Source of the DNA: a virus
Virus record (IMG/VR): IMGVR_UViG_3300029243_000160
Location: 81,209-145,208 of that record
Length of the DNA: 64,000 nucleotides
Reading direction: 5' to 3' (one strand)
Shown here: in pieces, positions 1 through 9,571 of the stretch
Numbering within the stretch: the stretch's first letter is position 1
How the letters are laid out: each line of letters starts with the position of its first letter
Notes under the pieces: generated by a model
The model's input: the letters and a program-made list of their open reading frames with translations, nothing else
Database searches by the model: none
Told to the model about the DNA's origin: nothing
Translations under genes and position numbers: made by a program

Positions 1-1331
1 ATTCCGTATCAGAGTTTGATGCGACCATGAAACAGCTTGACGATGAACGTGTCAGCAACCGCAAAGAAGGCTTGGAAAAGTACGGCAGTGAGAGGGCTTG
101 GGAGCAACAAGATGAACAGTCTTATTATGCCAGCCTCGGCTATGATAAAACATCATTTACGATAAATTTGAATGACGGCACACAGGAAACTTTCCGTCAA
201 GACATTGGCGATGGAGATGGTGGTGTCATAGATTTTGTAAAGTCGATTGGCAGAGATGACCTTGCTGAAATTCTCCAGAATGCAGTTGTCGCCGAACAGC
301 AGATGGCACAGGAACAAGCAGAGCCTGCTCCGGAAGTAACTGAACCGAAAGAAGATGTTCAGAACACAGAACAGGCAGATGCTCAGTCAGCGACAAACGA
401 CCATTCGTATGAGTATATGCTTCTTGACCGTTTGCGTTCGGACTGTGAATACTTCCTTGGTACAGGCGAAACCGCAGAAAACAATCATCTGTGTGCTGGT
501 AATCCGGAAGCTCAGATTGAAAAAATGCAGGAGCTTTATGATATGCTCCCTGAAAAACCAGAATGGCTAACACAGGAAGACATCAATCAATATGCACAGC
601 AAATGATTCCGGAAAAAGAGGCTGAAAAGACTGAACCACCCTCTCCTGCTGTTTCAGAACAAGAATCTGAAACAAATCGGATTGCTGATGAAGCAAGACT
701 TTCTGCTTTAGAAGCACAAAAGACTGCTCTTGACAGCATGATGAAAACGCTGGAAGTCAGCAGAAATGTACTGAATCCGCAGGCAATCACAGCAATTGAA
801 CAGGCTATCGCATCAATCACAGCCGACATTGAACGGCTTTCTGAACCTGATGCGGAAAAGACAGCTCACGCAGAGCAAGAAACGCAGAAAAATGCTGAAC
901 AGCCTGCTCCAGAACATTCAGAATCTGTTGCAATTGATTGTGATATTGCTGACATCACAAGAACTGATGATGGCTTCTATGAATTTGAGCTGTCCATTGA
1001 GACAGTTGTGGAAGCCTTGAATCGGGCAGCAGACGTTTCCGAAGACCTTCAAAACTTCTTTGTTGAAAATGGTGTGCCGGAAAAGTCAGTAATTGAAGCA
1101 GATGAACCATATATGGTTTATGGCGAGATGAATCCGGATATTGACGATGGTATTTCCATGCGGTTACAGCTGATAAATCCGGATATTGATGTAGAAATTC
1201 CGCTTTACAAAGAAGAATGCCATGCGTTATCTGAAAAAATTGCAATTCTGGACAAAGCTGAACCAGAGCTGCCGAAGGAAGATAACGAGAAAGAATTTGT
1301 GCAGTTGGAATTTGATTTTGACAAGGAGTGA
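1..1331 (+). CDS. Acidic polyvalent/anti-restriction-like protein, probably 5'-truncated by the window edge
   Basis: ORF track 27..1331. The frame stays open back to nt 3 and no SD precedes ATG27, so the gene likely starts upstream. The motif YEYMLLDRLRSDCEYFLG...KPEWLTQEDINQY resembles a helical module I recall from polyvalent proteins of Firmicutes conjugative elements and phages (family name uncertain). D/E/Q-rich. Confidence 0.6.
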   Translation, partial: SVSEFDATMKQLDDERVSNRKEGLEKYGSERAWEQQDEQSYYASLGYDKTSFTINLNDGTQETFRQDIGDGDGGVIDFVKSIGRDDLAEILQNAVVAEQQMAQEQAEPAPEVTEPKEDVQNTEQADAQSATNDHSYEYMLLDRLRSDCEYFLGTGETAENNHLCAGNPEAQIEKMQELYDMLPEKPEWLTQEDINQYAQQMIPEKEAEKTEPPSPAVSEQESETNRIADEARLSALEAQKTALDSMMKTLEVSRNVLNPQAITAIEQAIASITADIERLSEPDAEKTAHAEQETQKNAEQPAPEHSESVAIDCDIADITRTDDGFYEFELSIETVVEALNRAADVSEDLQNFFVENGVPEKSVIEADEPYMVYGEMNPDIDDGISMRLQLINPDIDVEIPLYKEECHALSEKIAILDKAEPELPKEDNEKEFVQLEFDFDKE

Positions 1332-1337
1332 TATTTT

Positions 1338-1820
1338 ATGGGCAACAGACATGGCTCTATGGGCGTTACAATCAACTATGACGCAGATTTGCAGGCAAGC
1401 GTAGAAACCGCTTCTGTAGATAAAGCAATAGACATTGAAGCTGATTTGAAGGATAAGCTTCAATGTAAAATCAAAGAGAATGAGGGCGTTGAAGCGACTG
1501 TAACTGTAGACTTGGATTACTACGATAAAGTAGACGAGGTTGCTACATTCAACGTCAACATTCAATTTGAAGATGAAGGCACGGTGAAGTTCGCTGAGTT
1601 TGATGGGGACTATTATCAGCCGCCTGATGCTGATGACCTGATTCACGAAGAACGTGATTTAGAAGGTATCATTGATAAGGCAATGGCAGACCTTGGTTAT
1701 CCTGATGCAAACGCAGAAATCACTGCTGACAGGTCAGATGACGTGGACAAAATTTTTGAAAAAGCTTATGAATCATACGATAATCCGGAATATGATGAAA
1801 TCGAACCTGACTTTGATTAA
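1338..1820 (+). CDS. Small, highly acidic hypothetical protein (DNA-mimic-like composition)
   Basis: 160-aa ORF with SD GGAG about 8 nt upstream. Very D/E-rich C-terminus. No recognisable domain. Confidence 0.7.
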   Translation: MGNRHGSMGVTINYDADLQASVETASVDKAIDIEADLKDKLQCKIKENEGVEATVTVDLDYYDKVDEVATFNVNIQFEDEGTVKFAEFDGDYYQPPDADDLIHEERDLEGIIDKAMADLGYPDANAEITADRSDDVDKIFEKAYESYDNPEYDEIEPDFD

Positions 1821-1847
1821 GCAATAAGAAAGGACAAAAAGACGAGT

Positions 1848-2714
1848 ATGTGGACGAAAACAAGCGTTGACGCTTCAAATGCCACTGCTTCGCAAATCTA
1901 TTCTCCGGAAGAGGCACAAGAAATTCTGGCAATGCAGGATAAAGCTCTGATGCGGAATCCAAAAGAATATGAATTGACCGATGCAGAATGGAATCGAATC
2001 CCTTTGAACTATGCAACGCTTGTTGCTTCACATGAGTTCAGAGATGAAGAAACAAACAAGAATTACATTGACCAGTTGTTCCAGCTGAATGATAAGTATT
2101 ATCACTCTGCTACTGATACAGAGTGGAACTTGGAAATTTACAAAGAGCTGAATCGTGATGCAGCCGAAGATTTGCTTCGAGATTCTTCTTTGGAACTTAC
2201 AGATGCAGGAAAAAAACTTTTTCCTGATATTCCTGTAATTTCTGATAAAGGAACGGTATTGACCTTCCCAGAAGAATCATTAAAAGACGAAGAACCGATT
2301 GACTTTTCAAACGTAGAAATGGAACGGTTTAGCGAAACGGAAAAAGGCAGCTATCTTCTGATGCCGACCGCAGAATTGCTTGACCAGATTCTTGACCGTA
2401 TGTCAACTGTAAATGTTGTAGTATCAAAAAAAGAAGCTACGCTTCCAATGCCGAAACGTGAAGAACTTGATGAGAGTGAGTGTATTCTGTATGTAGATAC
2501 TAACGAAGAGCAAACCGCAGCTGACCTTCACTTTGCTGACCCGAAATCTGGCTTTCAAACTGCTGTTCCGCTTTTGCAACCAGAAGAAGCGACATTGATA
2601 GCAATTGCCAACAATTTAGAAAAGCAAATTGAAAATTTCGAGAAAGCAATTGATGTTGTTGCTGATGCAATCAACACACACGCTACAGAACAAGATGCTA
2701 TTGAAAAAGCATAG
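1848..2714 (+). CDS. Hypothetical protein
   Basis: 288-aa ORF, co-directional and tightly packed in the plus-strand operon. No recognisable domain. Confidence 0.65.
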   Translation: MWTKTSVDASNATASQIYSPEEAQEILAMQDKALMRNPKEYELTDAEWNRIPLNYATLVASHEFRDEETNKNYIDQLFQLNDKYYHSATDTEWNLEIYKELNRDAAEDLLRDSSLELTDAGKKLFPDIPVISDKGTVLTFPEESLKDEEPIDFSNVEMERFSETEKGSYLLMPTAELLDQILDRMSTVNVVVSKKEATLPMPKREELDESECILYVDTNEEQTAADLHFADPKSGFQTAVPLLQPEEATLIAIANNLEKQIENFEKAIDVVADAINTHATEQDAIEKA

Positions 2715-2728
2715 AAAGGAAATACTTT

Positions 2729-4213
2729 ATGGAAAACGAAAGCAAAATCATGTTGGACGAAAATGCCGGAATCATGATTGATGACGGAAAGATAAATGCT
2801 GTTGCCTTTCTTTTTGATGCACAGTACAAGGAATTTGCCGAACGTACAAACTTACTGAAAGACGCTGAGGCTACCTTTGAAGAGCTTCTGGAAGACGGCG
2901 ACACATTTCTTGATATGTACGTCAATTTTTCGCCGAACGGTGAAGTGTCTGCAACATTGAATATGCAGAGTGACACTTATGGCTACGAAAGCTATGCTGT
3001 ACCGTTGGAAGACAACGAAAAACAGGCGTTAAAGAACGAACTTGACCGTATTGCCAGATACAATGAAATGACAATTGATGAATTGATGGAAGAAGCAATG
3101 GCTACGGTTCAAGTCAGAAATATGTTGGTAAATGAGGACGGCAATCTCTTTGCCACGATGGAAGTGAATCGTTCTCGTATGGAAGAGATGCTAAATGATG
3201 CCAACTCGCCCTTGCTGAAAGGAAAAGACATTCACGAGCTGGTTTATTTCAATGATGCAGCCTCTCCTATTTTGACAGCAGAAATAAATCGTGATGAATC
3301 CGTGCAGGCTTCTGCAATCATGAGGGACGGTTACGAGGAAATTGAAGTACCCTTGTCTCTTGATGATAATACAATTGCAGAAATCAAAGATGCTGTCAAA
3401 GAAAACGTGGAACAGAGCCTTGATGTTTCTGTCCAGCATTTTTTTGAAACTGCCGAGCCGAATCATAATTACTCGCAGGAAGAAGTTCATGCTCTTGCCG
3501 AAACGGTCGGTAAATTCGTGACAGCATATCAGGAGTATCAAGAGCCGGAAAAAGAATTTTCTCTGGAAAAGAATATTCAGCGTATCGAAGAGGGACTTAC
3601 TTCTCCGGAAATTCTGCCTAGACTTACTGCGGAACTGGACAAAGCGATTGATGTTTCGCAACGGACAACCAGTGAAGGCATCTTCCTTCTTCCTGACAGA
3701 ATCGTGGAACAGGCAGTAGAAGTTGCACAGCAGATGGAAATGTACACAAAACCGCTGGAATTTGAAAAAAGCGAGATTGTACAGTTTGACAGCGAAGTTA
3801 TTATGGACACCGAGACTGCCGATGGAGAAACAAAGGCAACCATCAATCTGGCGTTGTACATGACAGACGATTTTATGGAACAGGCTCTGGACAGAGCCGG
3901 AGCTTTTGAGCTTGGCAATCCATCATATCAGGCAGAGAATTTTGAAACACTGATGTATGATGCAGACGGTGCTTTTAAGACAGCAGTCAACGGATATATT
4001 GACATCAATCAGGATAAAGAAGTTTCCTTTACACTGTATACCAGCGATGATGTGGAACTTACTGTTCCACTTTCTGACACAGAGCAGCGTATTGTTCTGG
4101 ACGAGGCAGACAAGTATATTCAGAAAGAAAATGGTGTAACACTTGACCAGAATCTTGACGAAGCAATAAAAGAATCAAAAGAATTGTCAGAGATTGATGA
4201 ACCAGAGATTTGA
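2729..4213 (+). CDS. Acidic hypothetical protein
   Basis: 494-aa ORF with SD GAAAGGA upstream. D/E-rich with protein-like composition. Confidence 0.7.
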   Translation: MENESKIMLDENAGIMIDDGKINAVAFLFDAQYKEFAERTNLLKDAEATFEELLEDGDTFLDMYVNFSPNGEVSATLNMQSDTYGYESYAVPLEDNEKQALKNELDRIARYNEMTIDELMEEAMATVQVRNMLVNEDGNLFATMEVNRSRMEEMLNDANSPLLKGKDIHELVYFNDAASPILTAEINRDESVQASAIMRDGYEEIEVPLSLDDNTIAEIKDAVKENVEQSLDVSVQHFFETAEPNHNYSQEEVHALAETVGKFVTAYQEYQEPEKEFSLEKNIQRIEEGLTSPEILPRLTAELDKAIDVSQRTTSEGIFLLPDRIVEQAVEVAQQMEMYTKPLEFEKSEIVQFDSEVIMDTETADGETKATINLALYMTDDFMEQALDRAGAFELGNPSYQAENFETLMYDADGAFKTAVNGYIDINQDKEVSFTLYTSDDVELTVPLSDTEQRIVLDEADKYIQKENGVTLDQNLDEAIKESKELSEIDEPEI

Positions 4214-4234
4214 TTTTTGTACACCTAACCAAAA

Positions 4235-4278
4235 ATAACGGATATGTATTGACAGTAACGGATTGTTTGTGCTATAAT
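4235..4278 (+). promoter_or_regulatory. Plus-strand operon promoter (TTGACA-18-TATAAT, extended TG) with a box-like ATAACGGATA immediately upstream
   Basis: TTGACA at 4249-4254, TGcTATAAT ending at 4278, ATAACGGATA at 4235-4244. Confidence 0.7.
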
Positions 4279-4284
4279 ATAAAG

Positions 4285-4517
4285 GAAGTATATAGTAGCA
4301 CTTCTATGCTGTCCAATCCGTGACGGCAGATAATGATACAAATGCGGTAGCACCTTCACAAGGGAAGGAAAGTCCGATTATATTATTTATTAGCTGTTAC
4401 CTGCTGTTCTTTTCTTGTCACGCAACATTTGTGAATGGAAAGAGCAAAACATCAGCAGGCTTAATAAATATACAAAGGACGTTCTGAGAATCATTTTCTG
4501 AGAGCGTCCTTTTTCTT
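4285..4517 (+). ncRNA. Candidate ~230-nt leader RNA/sRNA ending in an intrinsic terminator
   Basis: It lies between the promoter (4249-4278) and a 12-bp stem (11 of 12 positions paired: 4477-4488 with 4498-4509) followed by TTTTTCTT. Internal hairpins include CCTGCTG/CAGCAGG. The only ORF here is an antisense artefact. Confidence 0.45.
4477..4517 (+). terminator. Intrinsic terminator or attenuator upstream of the plus-strand operon
   Basis: GGACGTTCTGAG-N9-CTGAGAGCGTCC followed by TTTTTCTT. Confidence 0.7.
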
Positions 4518-4527
4518 AACCTCAAAA

Positions 4528-4551
4528 ATAACGGATATTTTACAGAGTAAT
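4528..4551 (+). promoter_or_regulatory. 24-bp box (plus orientation) between the leader terminator and the SD of gene 4569
   Basis: ATAACGGATATTTTACAGAGTAAT. The box consensus contains the palindrome TTTAC-N3-GTAAA. Confidence 0.7.
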
Positions 4552-4568
4552 CAAAAAGGAGTGACACC

Positions 4569-4949
4569 ATGAAAAACACAGTTGACCTATTTCGCATCTT
4601 CCAGCACGAACAGAAACGTGTTGGCGATAGCATGACAGTTTACTACAACATTGAAGAAAATTCCCTGCAATACAAAAACACCAAAGGCACTCTCACAGTG
4701 ATATTTCATGCTTCTGATGCAGGCGAAGATTTCTATTATCAGAAGTTCGGGGAGCTTGTTTCAGAAAATGGCAAAAAGCTCGGAATCCTTGTGCAGAAAA
4801 CTTATCATAACGGACAAAATGCACATTTGTTTCAAAACCCGATGACTGGCGGCTTGAAAATGTTTGAGATTCCGCAGGAGTTCATTGATATTGCAAGAGC
4901 ATATCAATTCGACCGTGAATCTATTGGCTTGAAAGGAGAAACTGCATGA
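4569..4949 (+). CDS. Hypothetical protein, first gene after the leader terminator
   Basis: 126-aa ORF with SD AAAGGAG 7 nt upstream. The 24-bp box lies directly in front of the SD. Confidence 0.7.
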   Translation: MKNTVDLFRIFQHEQKRVGDSMTVYYNIEENSLQYKNTKGTLTVIFHASDAGEDFYYQKFGELVSENGKKLGILVQKTYHNGQNAHLFQNPMTGGLKMFEIPQEFIDIARAYQFDRESIGLKGETA

Positions 4950-7339
4950 AAGGTAAATTCTACGCTTCCGGCGATTTGAAACAGCTGGAAAGCACATTGA
5001 AAGAACACGAACCATACGCTGTCCTTGTGGTGTCTACCACAGGGATTGACAAAGAGAACGAGTTTGAAGGACACTTTCCTACTCGTGTTGTTATGAAGCA
5101 GTTTGAGTTTGATGACGAAACCAAAAGCTATCAGAGTGGCTTCACATTTGATAAGCTGGTGCAAGCTCCGCAAGAGGCAATCCAAGAGGCGTTGAAGAAT
5201 GAAAGTTCTTACGATGTTTTTGCAAACGGTGGAATCGACAAAGAGGCGTATCTCCGTGGTGAAAATGTGCTGCCTGTTGCGGAATTTCAGAAAGAGTTTC
5301 AGACCGCAATTTCTGCGGTTCAGGAATCCAATGCTACCCTTATCATCAACAATCAAACTCACGCATTTCATTTCATGGACAAAATCCAGTCGGCTGATAC
5401 GCTTCGTGAAATCAGGGAACAGGGCAAGACACTTGACCAAGTGAATCTGACCAGAGCATATTTCCGAAAGCACGATGTACAGGGACAGGCAACATTGGAA
5501 GCTTTGCGGAATTATCGCATGAGTTCTCCTAAGAGTTCATTTCTTGCAACTGCGGATAAAGCAACACTGAAAGATTTGAGTGGTATGACAAAAGATGCTT
5601 TCATGGAAGCTCACCCAGATATTTCAGAATCCTCATACGATGTGACGAAGAAAGATTTTGACAGAAAATCTGCAAAAATCATCGGTGGAGACCAGCGGAT
5701 TCAGGTAATCAGCAACTTTATTACAGAGTATGGCAGAGAAGAAAAGATTCTGGAAAACGAATACCTCACCAGTATGCGTGAAAGCGATGCTGCCAAGACA
5801 CGTCAGTGGTCTGAACGTGGTAAGGAAAAGTACCGTGAAAGCAATGTTGATGAGAAGTTCCAGACACTTATTAACAAGCACGTTATCAATCCGGAAAAAA
5901 TTCTTGCAGGCGACAGTCAGTTCCACAAATTGATTGATGCAATTGAACACGGCGAAAACAAGGGCATTATGATGATTCATACTGCTACTACCGGATTCGA
6001 GAGAAAGGGGAACAGAACTGACACTGGATTCCCGATTCAGTTTGCAACAGCGGTTTATAAGCGTGGCGAAGAAGGCAAAATTGATATGTCACATAAAGCT
6101 GCTACAACCATGCTGATTCAAGCTCCTGCAAGAAGCATGGCAAACGCCGAAGAAAATATTCGTACCGGAAAATACGATACTTTCGCAGAATCCGGTATCA
6201 ATATAGACGATTACAAAGCTGGCAAAGATGTCCTCAGCCAGTCAGAAGCACAGGAACGGATTCATAAAGTGTTCCAGATGTTTCCACCAGAAGACTATAC
6301 CATTGTTACGTTCAGCAAAGACTTTGCTCAGAGAAGTCTCCAGCATCTTGGCAACTTCTCTGTAATCAATGAGCCGTCCATTGATGCTACACAAGCAATC
6401 AAAGAATATGCCTATCTTGCAAGCCACGATGAGGCATATCATGGCGATGTTGCTCTGTTTGACATGAACAAAATGCAGGCTTTTGGCTTGAATGATGTGG
6501 CTGAGAGCCGTGGTGCTGATGCTCCGAAATCTGCTATTTCAAAATGCTTACTGATGGGACAGCTCCTTGATGAAGCTGAACAACAGCAAATTGAACTCTT
6601 CCACCCACAGGATAAAGAGCAGACCTCGAAAGAATCCGATATTCCTCAGCAGAAAGAACCTGCTACGGAAAATGTGAAAGAATCTCCGGCACAGGAATCT
6701 TCTCCTGTTCAGAAAGCACCAAAGGAACAGCCTGCTTCCGTTACTCCGCAAGAGGTTGCCGATGCAGAAGCAGCAATTCGGAAAGAATTTGAAAATGCTG
6801 CCAGTGAAAAAGCACAGCAGGAAACTGGAAAGGTTCGCAGATACCGCCGTGGGGAACAGCAAGAAGGAAATCGCAGAACAATTACTCGTGAGCCGTCAGA
6901 AAGTCGCCAGAAGCCTTCTCCTGCTCCACAGCAAACTATGCAAGCAGAAAACCTCGCCAAGACAAACGAAGCCTTAAACGGCGTTGTAGCGTCTCTGTCT
7001 GAGGCGTTGAGCAAGCAGACACAAAGCATGATTCAGATGCAATCAGAACTGATGCGGACAAATCAGCAGTTAATGGAAACCAATCAGCGTTTGGTATCGG
7101 CATTGGAGAAACAAAATGAAATCCTGCAATCTCTCACCGGAGAGCGTTCCGTTTCCAGAAAGCAGAATCCTGTGGAGAAAATTGAAAGCTTGAAGGAAGA
7201 GATTTCGGAAATGTCTGAAAATTTTCCTCGTTCGGCAGCAGCTTACATGACTTCTGCGAACAAAGCTCTGACAACAGCACAGCATGAATACGAGAAAAAC
7301 GAACGAAATCTTGAAGTCGCTGACCGTTCGGCAAGCTAA
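4946..7339 (+). CDS. Large protein with two degenerate DnaQ-like (DEDD exonuclease-fold) modules and a Q/E/K-rich coiled-coil tail
   Basis: ATGA start/stop overlap with the upstream gene. Segments LVVSTTGID...INNQTHAFHFMDK and MMIHTATTGFE...IVTFSKDFAQRSL align by eye to ExoI/ExoII motifs, but the acidic catalytic residues are replaced. Confidence 0.7.
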   Translation: MKGKFYASGDLKQLESTLKEHEPYAVLVVSTTGIDKENEFEGHFPTRVVMKQFEFDDETKSYQSGFTFDKLVQAPQEAIQEALKNESSYDVFANGGIDKEAYLRGENVLPVAEFQKEFQTAISAVQESNATLIINNQTHAFHFMDKIQSADTLREIREQGKTLDQVNLTRAYFRKHDVQGQATLEALRNYRMSSPKSSFLATADKATLKDLSGMTKDAFMEAHPDISESSYDVTKKDFDRKSAKIIGGDQRIQVISNFITEYGREEKILENEYLTSMRESDAAKTRQWSERGKEKYRESNVDEKFQTLINKHVINPEKILAGDSQFHKLIDAIEHGENKGIMMIHTATTGFERKGNRTDTGFPIQFATAVYKRGEEGKIDMSHKAATTMLIQAPARSMANAEENIRTGKYDTFAESGINIDDYKAGKDVLSQSEAQERIHKVFQMFPPEDYTIVTFSKDFAQRSLQHLGNFSVINEPSIDATQAIKEYAYLASHDEAYHGDVALFDMNKMQAFGLNDVAESRGADAPKSAISKCLLMGQLLDEAEQQQIELFHPQDKEQTSKESDIPQQKEPATENVKESPAQESSPVQKAPKEQPASVTPQEVADAEAAIRKEFENAASEKAQQETGKVRRYRRGEQQEGNRRTITREPSESRQKPSPAPQQTMQAENLAKTNEALNGVVASLSEALSKQTQSMIQMQSELMRTNQQLMETNQRLVSALEKQNEILQSLTGERSVSRKQNPVEKIESLKEEISEMSENFPRSAAAYMTSANKALTTAQHEYEKNERNLEVADRSAS

Positions 7340-7353
7340 GGAGTGTGCAACAT

Positions 7354-8463
7354 ATGGCAAAGAACAATTGGAACAACAGCCCAAAGAAGAATCTCCCCAG
7401 TGATATGCCGTCCTTGAAGTACAATTCGAGAGAGATAAACAAGGATATTCCTATCGAAGAAGTTATGTCTCGCTATGCTGGCAGTACAATGCAACGCAAC
7501 AAAAAATTCCATTGCCCGAATCCTCAGCACCCTGACAAGAACCCTTCTGCCACTGTAAACCATGACAGAAACACTTGCAGATGCTGGTCGTGTGCTACCA
7601 CTTTCACGCCTATCACAGTTGTAATGCAAAACTGCGATTTGCCATTTCCGCAGGCGTGTGAACGATTGGTTGAGGATTTTGGATTGGACAAGTACCGTTA
7701 TTCCAATCTTGCAGAAGTTGAAGAGTACTGGAAGCCTGCCAGCGAACGGAAGTTTATTGATTCGTGGTATTTAGAAAATAGTGAGATTGAAAACATCGGA
7801 TTGATTCCAAACGCACAGTTCAAAGTTACGCTTGATGCAGATGAATACTTCAAAGTGGTTTGCGGTGATGTTCCGATGGAAGGCAAAGACGGCGGTACAA
7901 TCTCAGTGTCGTTTGAGGAAGCAGCAAAATACGATTTTCTTCCGCAATCTTTTGCTAATGAGGAAAATCAGAAAGGTTTCTCATTACGGCAGATGTGGCT
8001 GGACGGAAACTGGGAAGACAAAATCAGCATTGAAGATATGATTATCGGAAAATGCGATGAAACATTCCTGAACAACAAAAAGAATAAAGAGTTTATGGAA
8101 CAAAAAGTTGCTTCTTATGATGCTTCTTACTCTCCTGATTTACAGAATCGTCTGAAAGAACTTTGCATGGAATATATCGAACGAGGACTGGAGCGTGTGG
8201 AAAATGGCTCAGACATTTCTTTGCCTGCTGTAAAAAGTCCAAAGGTAGAACGTGCTATGGCTGAAACTATGCAGGTTTACAACTATCGTGAAATCCTGCG
8301 TTCCGGTTATTTTGAAGCAAGAAATGAAAAGGCTGAGGCAACTTATAAAAAAGTCATGGGAAGACGTGCAGAGCGAGAAAAAGATATGAAAAAGCACCCA
8401 CAGAACTATCGCTCTACTGTGGAAGAACCCACCAAAAACACAGATGACAGAGATGATATATGA
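7354..8463 (+). CDS. CHC2 zinc-finger (DnaG-primase-type Zn finger) protein
   Basis: FHCPNPQHPDKNPSATVNHDRNTCRCWSC matches the zf-CHC2 pattern. ATG7354 sits 10 nt after AAGGAG. The track ORF begins at GTG7345. Confidence 0.75.
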   Translation: MAKNNWNNSPKKNLPSDMPSLKYNSREINKDIPIEEVMSRYAGSTMQRNKKFHCPNPQHPDKNPSATVNHDRNTCRCWSCATTFTPITVVMQNCDLPFPQACERLVEDFGLDKYRYSNLAEVEEYWKPASERKFIDSWYLENSEIENIGLIPNAQFKVTLDADEYFKVVCGDVPMEGKDGGTISVSFEEAAKYDFLPQSFANEENQKGFSLRQMWLDGNWEDKISIEDMIIGKCDETFLNNKKNKEFMEQKVASYDASYSPDLQNRLKELCMEYIERGLERVENGSDISLPAVKSPKVERAMAETMQVYNYREILRSGYFEARNEKAEATYKKVMGRRAEREKDMKKHPQNYRSTVEEPTKNTDDRDDI

Positions 8464-9569
8464 GATACGCAATTGACAGCAAAGGAACAGTGCTTCCTCT
8501 CCCACCAAACCAAAATATGATACGTTTCATTCCGATTGAAGTTCGTGCAAAGGAACTTGTGAGATTCACTTCTGAATTTGCAGAACTCTTGAACGGTGCA
8601 GGTATCAACACGCAAAATGCTAAGTATTGCTACATGATACAACCTCTCTACGCTTCGGAACGACTGGTTTATTTCACAAGAACAGAATTGTCTTCCAGTT
8701 CACAGGCAGTCCGCATGGCAAATGAGCTGGATAAGCACCCAGAATTGCTGAATCAGCCGGATATGCTCGAACTGCTCCAGAGCATCTTTCAGGACACTCG
8801 TGGCACTCCACGCTGGTATTTGATTTCTGTGGGATATGTTGAACTGGAACGCAATCTGTATGACTGCAAACGTATCAATTTGACATACCACCAACCAGTT
8901 TTCTTTCACAGATTTCAAAAAGTGATACAGAAAGAACAAATCACAAAGGAAGAACTGGAACTTGCTGTTCCGTGCGAGAAATATCGCTTTTTTTCAAATG
9001 ATATAAACTTTTCCGACCGAGAAATGCTGATAGATATTGCTCTTGAAAGAGATATAGTTGGCGGTAAAGAATCTGTTTTTGATATGAAAGTATATCAAGC
9101 CGTGAAGCAGTATCGGCAGATGAAGTTCTCTCAAAAGGACGTTTTCAGCAACACTGCCGCAAAATGCTTAAAGGACTTGAACACACACACCTCATGGAAA
9201 AAGAAAGATGTCTATATCGCTTATGACACAGCCAAAAAGCTGATAAAGAGCGTTTATAAAAATGCTTATGGCATCTGCTATAAAGATACCAGAATCACTG
9301 CTTACCTTACACCGGAGCGTTTTCTGACAATGTATGTTGGTGGTACACGAGACAGACCGTTGTACATCATTGACGGAAATTTTTTAACAATAGAACAGTT
9401 AAAAGATTATCTAATGAGCTTACAAGAGCTGCCTGTTGTTCCGTGGTTTGCGGATAAGGTGCAACCTTATATCGAAGTGAGGAAGCCTCAGAAGGCTTCC
9501 AAAGCCCAGAGAAACGTACTTCAATGGAACAAAAAGCGAAAAAAGAAGAAACCCAGAAAGGAAAAATAA
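8460..9569 (+). CDS. Hypothetical protein with a basic C-terminal tail
   Basis: 369-aa ORF with ATGA overlap to the upstream gene. K/R-rich C-terminus. Confidence 0.7.
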   Translation: MRYAIDSKGTVLPLPPNQNMIRFIPIEVRAKELVRFTSEFAELLNGAGINTQNAKYCYMIQPLYASERLVYFTRTELSSSSQAVRMANELDKHPELLNQPDMLELLQSIFQDTRGTPRWYLISVGYVELERNLYDCKRINLTYHQPVFFHRFQKVIQKEQITKEELELAVPCEKYRFFSNDINFSDREMLIDIALERDIVGGKESVFDMKVYQAVKQYRQMKFSQKDVFSNTAAKCLKDLNTHTSWKKKDVYIAYDTAKKLIKSVYKNAYGICYKDTRITAYLTPERFLTMYVGGTRDRPLYIIDGNFLTIEQLKDYLMSLQELPVVPWFADKVQPYIEVRKPQKASKAQRNVLQWNKKRKKKKPRKEK

Positions 9570-9571
9570 CT

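Noticed and set aside
4360-4380. GGAAGGAAAGTCCG in the plus-strand leader resembles the RNase P RNA GGAAAGUCCGG motif.
   Set aside because: The transcript is only ~230 nt and I could not find the other universally conserved RNase P regions. The match is treated as coincidental.
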